Assembly: GCA_963848135.1 (NCBI GenBank)
Contig: CAWKCK010000003.1
Coordinates: 992,001 to 1,056,000, forward strand
DNA from: an uncultured delta proteobacterium
GTDB lineage: Bacteria; Desulfobacterota; Desulfobacteria; Desulfobacterales; SG8-13
Direction: 5' to 3'
Length of the DNA stretch: 64,000 bases
The notes beneath the pieces are model-generated. The model saw nothing but the letters and a program-made list of their open reading frames with translations. It searched no databases and was not told the origin of the DNA. The stretch's first letter is position 1; each line of letters begins with the position of its first letter. This document shows, piece after piece, positions 29,293 to 38,476 of this stretch. The translations under genes were made by a program, and so were the position numbers.

Positions 29293-30612
29293 TCAGACCA
29301 TTTCCGGCGGTAGATCTTCAAGCGTCATGCGGACACGCACCGTGCGTCGGTCTTGCACCTCAATGACCTCCACCAGAGCCCCCGGTAGGGAAATCTGGTC
29401 ACCCTTTGCCGGTACCTTGCCTGTCATCGCCATGAGGAGACCTGAAATCGTGTCGACCCCGCTGGGGTCAAGGGTCAAACCGAGATTTCTATTGACGTCC
29501 TCAACAGACGTGTTTCCGGCCACCATGAATTGTTTGTCCCCTTCCTTTAGGATATCCGGCTGCTCGTTATCGAATTCGTCTTCCACTGATCCGATGATCG
29601 GTTCTAGAATATTTTCGAGAGTGACGATACCTGTTACCGAACCGTATTCATCAACCGCAAAGGCCATATGCTGGTGCGTGGCCTGGATCTGACGCAATAG
29701 GCGACGGGCCGGTATGGTTTCGGGTACAAACTGAGGTGGGCGTGTGATCGACTCCAGGTCGGAAGGTCCGTCATCCGGCAAACCGATCATATCTTTGACG
29801 TGAACCACGCCGACAACCCTGTCCATTGAGCCTTCGCATACCGGGTAGCGCGAGTGTTTGGTCTTTCGCACCAGCGCGATGGCATCTTTGGTTGAACTGC
29901 CGCTATTCAAAAAAACCACTTCTCCCCGGGGGACCATGACCCGGCGGCAGATCATTTCGTCAAAATCGAATACCGCACTGATCAGCCGATGCTCCGATCG
30001 ACTCAGCTCCCCGTGAATGTGGGATTGGTGAACGAGTGCGCGGATTTCTCCCTCGCCGAGAGGAATGTCGTGTTCGGTCTGACCTTTGATTCCGACAGTG
30101 CGGAGCAGAATGGAGGTTGCGGTACTGAGCGTGGACAGCAGGGGATAAAACGAGAAGTAGAAGATTTTCAGCGGCGCTGCACACCACAGAAGGATGGTTT
30201 CCGGTTTTCTTATCGCTGCAATTTTGGGCGCCTGTTCACCCAGTACCAAGTGGGCCGCCGTAATGGAGGCGAACGCGACCGTAAAGGCCACCGCGTGGAT
30301 GACCATCTCAGAAACCAACCCTACCGAGTATAGCAAGGGACGGATGAGGTGAGCCACAGCCGGTTCACCAACCCAACCCAATCCCAAGGATGCCATCGTA
30401 ATACCCAACTGGCAGGCCGACAGAGAGCCTTCCAAGCGTTGAACGAGCCAACGGGCTGTGACGGCAAATGGCCGCTTGTTTCTTACCAGTTCGTCGAGAC
30501 GACCGATCCGGACTTTAACCAGCGCGAATTCGGCGGCGACAAAAAAACCGTTTATGATAACGAGCAGAACCGCTATAAAAATCTTGACGGCATCATACAT
30601 CCAAGGTGTCAT
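29293..30612 (-). CDS. CNNM/HlyC-CorC family (DUF21-CBS-CorC) metal transporter
   Basis: NGFFVAAEFALV, CQLGITMASLGLGWVGEP, GEQAPK, CBS pair HSRYPV / VDEYG...TLENILE, CorC C-terminus. Start uncertain. Confidence 0.92.
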   Translation of the reverse strand: MTPWMYDAVKIFIAVLLVIINGFFVAAEFALVKVRIGRLDELVRNKRPFAVTARWLVQRLEGSLSACQLGITMASLGLGWVGEPAVAHLIRPLLYSVGLVSEMVIHAVAFTVAFASITAAHLVLGEQAPKIAAIRKPETILLWCAAPLKIFYFSFYPLLSTLSTATSILLRTVGIKGQTEHDIPLGEGEIRALVHQSHIHGELSRSEHRLISAVFDFDEMICRRVMVPRGEVVFLNSGSSTKDAIALVRKTKHSRYPVCEGSMDRVVGVVHVKDMIGLPDDGPSDLESITRPPQFVPETIPARRLLRQIQATHQHMAFAVDEYGSVTGIVTLENILEPIIGSVEDEFDNEQPDILKEGDKQFMVAGNTSVEDVNRNLGLTLDPSGVDTISGLLMAMTGKVPAKGDQISLPGALVEVIEVQDRRTVRVRMTLEDLPPEMV

Positions 30613-31002
30613 ATTGGCCATTTCCTCAGGTCGGGAACCGCTTCGAGAATTACTGATTGTCCGCGATCCAAATGTAACGTGTTGTTCATGGTCGAAATAA
30701 TTAAATATTGATCTTAACCTTTTCTCCCAGAGTGTCAAGCCATCTGCTTGGATATTCTACCGATATGATCCGGTGGTTAAAATTCCGGTAGCCGACAATT
30801 CATCGACGGTATCCTCAAAGGAAGATATTTACTTCGACCCATCGGTCAGATATACTCAAATATTCGAATCGACTATCTGCCGTAGGGACTGACAACCGCG
30901 TCGAATCCGGTAAATGAAATTTCGCCCGATATAGAAAACTATGCTCCGGTTTCTGCGTTTTGCGACAGTTTTATCTGTTCAAGGGCTCTGGCCGAAAATA
31001 TC

Positions 31003-31620
31003 ATGAAAATCTTGACCGTATCCGATGTCGTCGACGCGTCATTATATCCTGGGTTCGATGCCGACCGGTTTACGGGGATTGACCTTGTTTTGGCCTGTGG
31101 CGATCTGCCGCCGGAGTACCTGACTTTTCTGGTCGACGCTCTCAAGGTTCCCCTATACTATGTGCGCGGTAATCACGATATTCGCTACGAAACCAAGCCG
31201 CCCTTAGGTGCCAGCAGGGCCCATTCGAAATTGGTGCAGTTCAGGGGCATTAAGATCTTGGGATTTGATGGCTGCCATTGGTACAACGGTGGCCCCAACC
31301 AGTATACCGAGTGGCAGATGCGGCTCAATGTCTTCCGAATGTTGCCAACGATCTGGCGCCGGGGGGGGATCGACATCATTGTGACCCATGCACCGCCTCG
31401 ATTTGTGCACGATGCCGAAGATCTCTGCCACCGCGGATTTCTGGTTTTCCGATGGCTGATACGCCGTTATCGACCGCAATACTTTATTCATGGCCACATA
31501 CACAACCACTTTAATGACGGATCTGAAAGAATCACCTTGATTGATTCAACCCAGGTGGTGAACACCTATGGTTTTTTCCAGATTGATATCGACGATCGTC
31601 CGTTGGCGGGGCAGATTTGA
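31003..31620 (+). CDS. Calcineurin-like metallophosphoesterase
   Basis: VSD, CGD, RGNHD, THAPP and HGHIH motifs. Confidence 0.9.
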   Translation: MKILTVSDVVDASLYPGFDADRFTGIDLVLACGDLPPEYLTFLVDALKVPLYYVRGNHDIRYETKPPLGASRAHSKLVQFRGIKILGFDGCHWYNGGPNQYTEWQMRLNVFRMLPTIWRRGGIDIIVTHAPPRFVHDAEDLCHRGFLVFRWLIRRYRPQYFIHGHIHNHFNDGSERITLIDSTQVVNTYGFFQIDIDDRPLAGQI

Positions 31621-32695
31621 CGGGTCTGCATCCGTCCAATCGAAGGTCAGAAATTTCTCGGACCAACAGCAGAAAGAGGCGGCTTTCGACAGCCGGGTGC
31701 GGGGTATCCGGACGGTGCCGATCGACCGGATAGTGGGTAGCGTTGGGCGCTATCAGGATTTCGACGACAAGTTTCGGTTGAAGCAGCATGTACCATCGGA
31801 GCGACTGCAGCGTGTCAAAGGAGCGATGCGGGAAGGCTGTCCCCTGCCACCGGTGAAGCTTTACCAGATCAAGGATGATTACTACATCATGGATGGCAAC
31901 CACCGCATTGCCGCAGCCAAAGAACTTGGTCACGATGAGATTCTGGCGCACATTGTTGAATTTATTCCATCAGCCAACACCCTGCAGAACATCCTGTTTC
32001 GCGAACGGGCAGAGTTTGCCGACCGGACCGAGTTAACCAGGGAAATCGAGCTGACCGAGGTCGGGCAATATGCGATGTTGCTCAACCAGATCTCGGCCCA
32101 TCAGGAATTTCTTGGGGAGGGGCATGAAAATACCGTGTCCTTTGCCGAAGCGGCCGGGGACTGGTATCGGTCCATCTATCGACCCCTTTGCATGATCATC
32201 CGGCGGGGCCGACTCATGGAATCTTTTCCCGGTCGGAGTGTCGCGGACATGTATGTTTACATTTCGACCCATCAATGGGAAATGGGACGCCAGCGGCAAT
32301 ATGGCAGCGGTATCGACCAGTTGATCCCCAAAAGCATGGAGGCATTTAGAAACCAAATGGCAGAAAAAAAAGACTGCGATTATCCGGAAATGCGTCGAGG
32401 GATTACGGCGTTTATTCTGATGAATGTTCAGGCCAAAAAGGAGTTTAAGGTTGTCGATAAAATATTTGAACTGGAAGAGGTGCGAGAAGTCCACTCGGTT
32501 CACGGAGATGTCGATATCCTGATAAAAATCGTTCTGAGCCGTGACCTTTTGAGTTCAGATGCCGAGATTATCTCGCAGTTTGTCCACGAGCAGATCCGCC
32601 AGTTGCCCGGTGTCATCAGTACCAAAACGCTGATACCCGGTTACTCAAAAATTAAACAACCGATACAAAACGCGACCGAGAAATTTGCAGATTGA
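31568..32695 (+). CDS. ParB/Srx-like N-terminal domain + DUF4032-like helical domain + Lrp/AsnC ligand-binding (RAM) domain
   Basis: VPIDRIVGSVGRYQDF...LPPVKLY...YYIMDGNHR; middle EAAGDWY..IYRP...ADMY; C-terminal AFILMNV...EVREVHSVHGDVDILIKI...IRQLPGVISTKT. Confidence 0.8.
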   Translation: MVFSRLISTIVRWRGRFDGSASVQSKVRNFSDQQQKEAAFDSRVRGIRTVPIDRIVGSVGRYQDFDDKFRLKQHVPSERLQRVKGAMREGCPLPPVKLYQIKDDYYIMDGNHRIAAAKELGHDEILAHIVEFIPSANTLQNILFRERAEFADRTELTREIELTEVGQYAMLLNQISAHQEFLGEGHENTVSFAEAAGDWYRSIYRPLCMIIRRGRLMESFPGRSVADMYVYISTHQWEMGRQRQYGSGIDQLIPKSMEAFRNQMAEKKDCDYPEMRRGITAFILMNVQAKKEFKVVDKIFELEEVREVHSVHGDVDILIKIVLSRDLLSSDAEIISQFVHEQIRQLPGVISTKTLIPGYSKIKQPIQNATEKFAD

Positions 32696-32964
32696 CAATT
32701 TGGTAACCACTTCAGGGCGTATTGAAAATACAAGTTGTTCACGTGAGATTCCTATAGCGGCTGTCAAATGAGCGTTCCGTTATTCGACCGTTCTTTTCAC
32801 CAACCACAGATACCATCCCTGCGTATTTCGGAATTTATTTTTGAAAAGCGGAATAAAAATTCCGGGCGGTGGTATTTTCGAAACTAATCAAAACCACTGC
32901 GGGGCGTTCTTTTACGAGATGTGAAGACGGCGCCCCTTTCTATCGCTTGAAAGGGCTTTGCCCC

Positions 32965-33459
32965 ATGGAACCTGAAAGCAAGCTTTTGCCGGTGCTAAGA
33001 GACGCCGTAAACATCATAAAAATAGTTTTATTTAAAGAACTCAAACCGTATTTGGAGGCAAAATATCCTGGGCAGGATTCGGCTGACATCGGTCGTTTGG
33101 CCGGCGCCGTGGTTAACGAATTGTTCGGTACTCCGAACAACTCGCCGCATTTTGAACAGTTTACGGCAGACAATCGCCCTTGCATTGAAACCGAAATGGA
33201 CGGTCTGTCCGTTAATTTTGATAATCTGAAAATACCGCTGACAGATGCCCTGCGGATTCAATTCCTGTGCGACAATATAGAGGGCATCGACAGTGGTCCC
33301 ATGCTCGCGCAAGCCGAAACGCTCGGTATCCTGTTGGTGGATCGTCCAGTGCCTCTGCCCAAGACGTTCATGGCGATGGTGCGTCGAATCGGTGTGGCCT
33401 ACAACATTCTGCAATCGGCGACAAATATAGAAGAAGAAGGAGACAAAGAGGGCCGTTAG
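32965..33459 (+). CDS. Conserved-looking helical hypothetical protein
   Basis: Protein-like 164-aa ORF (LAGAVVNELFG, LTDALRIQFLCD, PLPKTF). Start set at ATG 32965. Confidence 0.7.
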   Translation: MEPESKLLPVLRDAVNIIKIVLFKELKPYLEAKYPGQDSADIGRLAGAVVNELFGTPNNSPHFEQFTADNRPCIETEMDGLSVNFDNLKIPLTDALRIQFLCDNIEGIDSGPMLAQAETLGILLVDRPVPLPKTFMAMVRRIGVAYNILQSATNIEEEGDKEGR

Positions 33460-33812
33460 GTTGCGCACCCATAGACCGATGCCGACGACCCCCATGGTAT
33501 TTAACGTTGAAACGGTGGTCATCTGGTGGCGGGTGATATACCGTCAACAATAATATTCATCGGAAATCCACCAGTTTTGCCGGGCGGACACCTAAAGTGT
33601 ATAGTTTCCAGAGTAAATATAGGCATGAGTCCTCGAGGAATTTTCATTAACCGGGAGCGGAGGGAATCATCAGCGACTTCAGCGCGCAAACTCATGCATA
33701 AGGAAGCCTAAGAAAACTGATTTCATAATGATATAAAATTGTTCAGCCCAATTCACCATATGTGGTCTAAATCTAAGAGCCGGAGTTGCCGCTGTTCTTT
33801 CCCAAGGTTATC

Positions 33813-33992
33813 TAGTGTCCATCCGCGATAAGTGGATGGCTTTGTAAAGTGTCCAATTCATAAATGAGAATTTTTTTCGCTGGGCAAGGCCGCACAAGGG
33901 TTTGCGGCGAGGCGTACTTTACGTACGCCGCAGCCGGAAACCTGCGGAGAACGCCGCCCAGCGGAAAAAATGCCATTTATGGATGGACACTA
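33813..33992. mobile_element. MITE/REP-like palindromic element (composite)
   Basis: Terminal TAGTGTCCATCC / GGATGGACACTA, imperfect long inverted arms (CATAAATG..TTTTTT.CGCTGGGC / GCCCAGCG.AAAAAA..CATTTATG) and a central hairpin GGCGTAC-TTTAC-GTACGCC. Confidence 0.75.
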
Positions 33993-34116
33993 TCTAACGC
34001 ATTCAGATCCCGCCATGGCGGGACCCGCTTTCGCTGCTCTGCTGATCATTCCCTCCGCGTTGGTTCAGCAGACTCCCTGAAATACCTGAGACCAATATCA
34101 TAATATTGAATTCACC

Positions 34117-35295
34117 TCATTCTATCCTCTCCGGCTGTTTATTCAAAACATATGTAGCGATGTCTGCTATTTCACTTTCGTTTTCTGAACGGAAGATATA
34201 GCGGTATTGCCCCATGGCATCGAAATAGAGCGGTGGATTTTCGTCATACTCGACGAGTCGGTGACCATACTTCATCGTGATTTCTGCGTGGCTATGCAAG
34301 TAATCGGATCCTTTGCGCCCCAGGTAACAGACATAGTATTTTTTCCGCGCTTGAATATCTGCACCCCCGGTGGCGATCATTTGAGCATAGGCGCGGTAAA
34401 GGTCATCGTCGATGCTGTAGTTCATCATGTCCAAAATCGAGCCGCCGGGTGGACGGCCGTTGATCTCTATCGGAACATAGCCATCGTCGAGGGTGAAAAA
34501 TTCAAAGTGGAAGAATTTACGACGTATGTCGAACAGGGGCACCAGTCGGCGACCGATCTTCAATAGATCCTCAGGAATCCGTTTGTTGACGTAAAAAAAT
34601 GTATCCTTGCCCAAAACGTACTCCAGCACACCGTCACCGTATATCAGCGAGTTTTCAAAAATTACCTTGCCGTATGGATCTGTCAGTCCGTCGTAGGTGA
34701 CAATTCGGCCGTCCACAAAAGACTCCAGCACATAGTCGCCCTCGAGTGCGGGCAGGAGGTCCAAGAGCTGCTTATCTCCATGGATTTTATAAATTCCTCC
34801 GGCGCCCACGCCTTCGTCTGGTTTTAAAATCAGTGGGTATCCTATGCTGCGGCCAAGCCGTATCCCATGATCGAAATCGGTCACGCGACCACCATCGGCA
34901 ACCGTCAGTCCGTTTTGCCGGAATATTTTTTTCATGACTGATTTTTTTTTCAGCGGGTCAAGGTCTTTGGGCCGAATACCCTTGATGCCAAGTTCTTCAT
35001 TAATCAGCCCTTCCAGCCTCAGCCACTGTTCGTTGTGGGATTCGACACAATCAAATCGTCCAGGGTACCCCCTGGTCGTCTTGATGGATACTAGATCGGC
35101 GAGGGCCCTTTTTACGGCTTCGAAGTCCCGAAGCTCTGTTTTTGCATACCATTTCATTGCTGCGCGCAGAGACTCGGGCATGGTGTAAAAATCAGCTTCA
35201 CCCAACCCCCAGACATTGATGCCGAGCTGATCGAGCTGGACGACGAAATTGGCATAATTGGGGGGAAATTCGGGCGAAATATATAGAAAGTCCAT
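34117..35295 (-). CDS. ATP-grasp domain protein (carboxylate-amine ligase-like)
   Basis: ISPEFPPN, ESHNEQWL, GYPLILKPDEGVGA, ESFVDG, FFHFEFF, EINGRPPG. Confidence 0.88.
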   Translation of the reverse strand: MDFLYISPEFPPNYANFVVQLDQLGINVWGLGEADFYTMPESLRAAMKWYAKTELRDFEAVKRALADLVSIKTTRGYPGRFDCVESHNEQWLRLEGLINEELGIKGIRPKDLDPLKKKSVMKKIFRQNGLTVADGGRVTDFDHGIRLGRSIGYPLILKPDEGVGAGGIYKIHGDKQLLDLLPALEGDYVLESFVDGRIVTYDGLTDPYGKVIFENSLIYGDGVLEYVLGKDTFFYVNKRIPEDLLKIGRRLVPLFDIRRKFFHFEFFTLDDGYVPIEINGRPPGGSILDMMNYSIDDDLYRAYAQMIATGGADIQARKKYYVCYLGRKGSDYLHSHAEITMKYGHRLVEYDENPPLYFDAMGQYRYIFRSENESEIADIATYVLNKQPERIE

Positions 35296-35474
35296 AATGC
35301 ACCTCAGCAGTTGTCAATTGTCATTTTAATAATACACGTTGTGCATTCGCTTGTCGATCAGCCGGCAGTGGTTATTTTTTTTATAGAACCATTGGGTAAC
35401 GAAACCCGGAGTTTTCCCACAAGGCCAAGCTTTCGGGCGATTAAGCGAATGACCATAAGGGATAGGAGGCTGAA

Positions 35475-35777
35475 ATGGCGGTAAAAGTTTTCATCAAAAG
35501 ACACTTTAAAGAAGGTCACACTCAAGAGGCGCTCACCTTGCTCAATCAGTTCCGGCACGCGGCGATGGATCAGCCCGGACACATTTCAGGAGAAACGCTG
35601 GTAAACCATTACGATGCCCGCAGTATTACCGTTGTCTCCACATGGGAATCCCTTGACAACTGGATTCGATGGCAGGAGAGTGCCCAGCGGGTAACGACCG
35701 AGGCGAATTTGGAAGCGTTTCTCGAGCAGCCGACAAAATATGAGGTGTATGATATCGGTCGAACCTCAACTTCATAA
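35475..35777 (+). CDS. Antibiotic biosynthesis monooxygenase (ABM) domain protein
   Basis: QPGHISGETL...VVSTWESLDNW; GGAGG RBS. Confidence 0.88.
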   Translation: MAVKVFIKRHFKEGHTQEALTLLNQFRHAAMDQPGHISGETLVNHYDARSITVVSTWESLDNWIRWQESAQRVTTEANLEAFLEQPTKYEVYDIGRTSTS

Positions 35778-36070
35778 AAATATAAAGGGTTGGGGGCATC
35801 TGTTGCCAACGCATCGAACGGTGCCAATGGGGTATCATGCGATGCGACCGATTTTCGCATGGATCGGCGCGGCTTTCCGAATGGGATACCAGCGGCCATT
35901 TTTAGCCCCGTCCCGAAAACCATGCGGCGCCTGTTGAACGGTAAGGGTCGGGTTTGTGTGCCGAAAATTGGCATCCGGCTGACCGTTTTGTGTCAGGCGG
36001 CTTTCCGCCAGGGAAAGGGCATTAATTTATAACTATTTGAAATACTAATAAATACTGTGTGCGTCACGAG

Positions 36071-36086
36071 TGGCATGTTAATTGCT
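36071..36086 (+). promoter_or_regulatory. Sigma-54 (-24/-12) promoter with upstream IHF-like site and palindromic enhancer-like sites
   Basis: TGGCATGTTAATTGCT, near consensus. IHF-like TAACTATTTGAAA at 36030-36042; palindromes TGCC-N7-GGCA (35959-35973) and CTGAC-N8-GTCAG (35979-35996). Confidence 0.85.
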
Positions 36087-36170
36087 GAATATATGGAAGC
36101 CGCTGACAATCGCGCCGGGTGATGGCCGGACCGATTCAAACGCTGCTAACAGATACTGGAGGGCATTTCA

Positions 36171-36374
36171 TTGATTTGTGACCGCTGTTACCATACAAAA
36201 GGGTGTAAACGGACCCCGACGCCGGATGAAAGATGCGAATTCTATATCAAAGATGGCCGGATCGATCTGGATGATGATCTTGACGTCAACCCGATGGACA
36301 CCTTTACTTTCGATTACGATACCCTCAAAAAGCTTTTCAAGGATACTCATGGGCTTGATTTAAAATTAAAATGA
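36171..36374 (+). CDS. Small Cys-containing acidic protein (67 aa)
   Basis: TTG start with GGAGG RBS; CxxC-x5-C-x9-C N-terminus and Asp-rich middle; directly behind the sigma-54 promoter. Confidence 0.7.
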   Translation: MICDRCYHTKGCKRTPTPDERCEFYIKDGRIDLDDDLDVNPMDTFTFDYDTLKKLFKDTHGLDLKLK

Positions 36375-36495
36375 GTGTTCTCGAAAGTGGACTTCGCATT
36401 TGGCTCTCCCTCGGGTGGTTTTATACGCTAATCAACCGTTTTATTGTCGGTATGGCGAAACCGTTACCCTTAACCTGAACCTGATTTTGCTCGCC

Positions 36496-38373
36496 TCAGG
36501 CCAATTCATCAAAACGGCATTTCAAGTATACCCCATCTCCATCGTAGGATGTCTTTACCTTGTAGGGCAGAGTTTTGAAAAGCCGTATCATGGCCTGGTT
36601 GTGCGGTGCCGTATACGCGATCAGGCCGGCAAGGCCGTTTTCCCGTGCGGCATCAGCCAATTTTCGCATGATCCGCCGACTGAGGCCTTTATTCTGATAT
36701 TTTCGATTTACGGAGAAAGCGACTTCAGCCATGTTATTGTCCATCAACAACATGCTTTCCCCCACGGCAACCACCCGACCGAAACCGAACTCTCCCACAA
36801 CGGCCACAAGCGTCAAATCCTTCACATAGTCGATCTGTGATTTTGTTTCGACCTCTTTGCGGTTGAAGCTGGTCTTTTCATGAAAGAAGCGCGAGAAAAT
36901 GTCCTCCTTGTGCAGGTTGTAGTAATGTTCCTGGATACGGCGTTCGTCGACTGGTTTGGCGGGACGGATGGTAATCTCCTCATCGTCGATTATAATCGTT
37001 TCTTCTATCCGTACCGGGTATATGCCCTTTGTCGCCTCTCCCAGTGACCGTTCATGCCCGATCATACCGGCTTTTTTGGCATCTTCAAACAAACGCTCCC
37101 TGAAGTCAGGGTGAGCAATTTCGATCATGGCGATGACACGCTCCTGAAGGCTTTTGCCGAAAAGATTGACAATGCCATACTCGGTGACCACGTAATGGAT
37201 ATCTCCCCGGGGAACGACAACGGCTGTATTCTCGAGCATGGGGACAATGTTGCTGTTTTTGCCGTCTTCCGAGGTTGAAGACAGCATCAAAATGGATTTG
37301 CCTCCCTGGGCTCGCCGCGCTCCCCTGACAAAATCGGCAATCCCGGAAACGCCGGCATAAAATGTCTGGGCGGATGCCTCGGCGGCGACTTGGCCGGTAA
37401 GATCAATGGTCTTGGCCACATTCATCGATACCATCCGGTGGTGACGTGAAATGATGAAAGGATCGTTGACATAATCCGAGGGGCGGAAATCGACGGCGGG
37501 GTTGTCATCGATGAAGTCGTAAAGGTTCCGGGTTCCGATCGCGGCCGACGCCACCAGTTTACCTTCGTTGTATCCCTTTTTACGATTGGTGATCACGCCT
37601 TTGGCGTACAGGTGCATGATGTCATCGGTCAGATACTGGGAATGGATGCCAAGGTCTTTTTTGTTGGCCAGCGCCTGGAGGGTTGCCTGGGATGCAGCAT
37701 CCAGACCGATCTGCAGGGTGGATCCGTCGTCGATGAGTCTGGCGATATGCTGTCCGATGCGGGCCGCGGTTTCAGACGGGGGGCGTGGCCCCACGGCCAG
37801 AATGTCTTCTTCGTGCTCCACGATGACCTCGACGTCATTCACGTGTATGAAACTCTGGCCCAGAACCCGGGGCATCTTGGGATTGACCTGGGCGATGACA
37901 AGATCTGCCGAGCTGGCGGCGGCCAAAGTTACATCCACCGAAATGCCGAGGCTCATCCAGCCGAAATCATCAGGGGGGGTCACCTGGATCAGGGCGACGT
38001 TGATCGGCAATTTGTGAGTCTTGAACAGGCCGGGTACATCTGACATGTTCATTGGCGTAATAAAACGCATATTGCGGGCGATCGTTTCTTCTCCTCGCGC
38101 CGATCCCAGATAAATGGTTCGGACGCTGAGGCTGTGGTCCTGGGTCCGGTTGGCAATGGCTGTGAGTGATGTTGTTTCCAGACTCAGCATCCGTACAATT
38201 TCAAGACCGGATGCCCGTATGGCGGCCTCTGACAGCACACGGACCAACTCTTGGGGTTCCCCGCAAGCGGATCCGATAAAGACCCGCTGACCGGACCGGA
38301 TCATTTTGATCGCTTCAACAGCGTTTTTTCGTTTTTCAATGTAATTGTCAGCCCAATACATGGAAGGGGTCAC
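36496..38373 (-). CDS. Acetyl-CoA hydrolase/transferase-family domains fused to a C-terminal GNAT acetyltransferase
   Basis: IRSGQRVFIGSACGEP, DGSTLQIG, DFVRGA, YVVTEYG, IAHPDFR; GNAT with AEVAFSV and YQNKGL. Confidence 0.9.
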   Translation of the reverse strand: MTPSMYWADNYIEKRKNAVEAIKMIRSGQRVFIGSACGEPQELVRVLSEAAIRASGLEIVRMLSLETTSLTAIANRTQDHSLSVRTIYLGSARGEETIARNMRFITPMNMSDVPGLFKTHKLPINVALIQVTPPDDFGWMSLGISVDVTLAAASSADLVIAQVNPKMPRVLGQSFIHVNDVEVIVEHEEDILAVGPRPPSETAARIGQHIARLIDDGSTLQIGLDAASQATLQALANKKDLGIHSQYLTDDIMHLYAKGVITNRKKGYNEGKLVASAAIGTRNLYDFIDDNPAVDFRPSDYVNDPFIISRHHRMVSMNVAKTIDLTGQVAAEASAQTFYAGVSGIADFVRGARRAQGGKSILMLSSTSEDGKNSNIVPMLENTAVVVPRGDIHYVVTEYGIVNLFGKSLQERVIAMIEIAHPDFRERLFEDAKKAGMIGHERSLGEATKGIYPVRIEETIIIDDEEITIRPAKPVDERRIQEHYYNLHKEDIFSRFFHEKTSFNRKEVETKSQIDYVKDLTLVAVVGEFGFGRVVAVGESMLLMDNNMAEVAFSVNRKYQNKGLSRRIMRKLADAARENGLAGLIAYTAPHNQAMIRLFKTLPYKVKTSYDGDGVYLKCRFDELA

Positions 38374-38476
38374 TATTAACCTCCCTAATCTTTAGTGGCG
38401 TGCACTATTCGGTGTGTCGGTCGAATTCTCTGAGTGGTTGTCATTATTATTATACTATTAAACCCTTTCCAACAAA

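Noticed and set aside
28937..29692. 251-aa plus-strand ORF, and similar long antisense ORFs such as 42023-42703 and 59911-60630
   Set aside because: These are shadow frames opposite well-supported genes, with no recognisable motifs.
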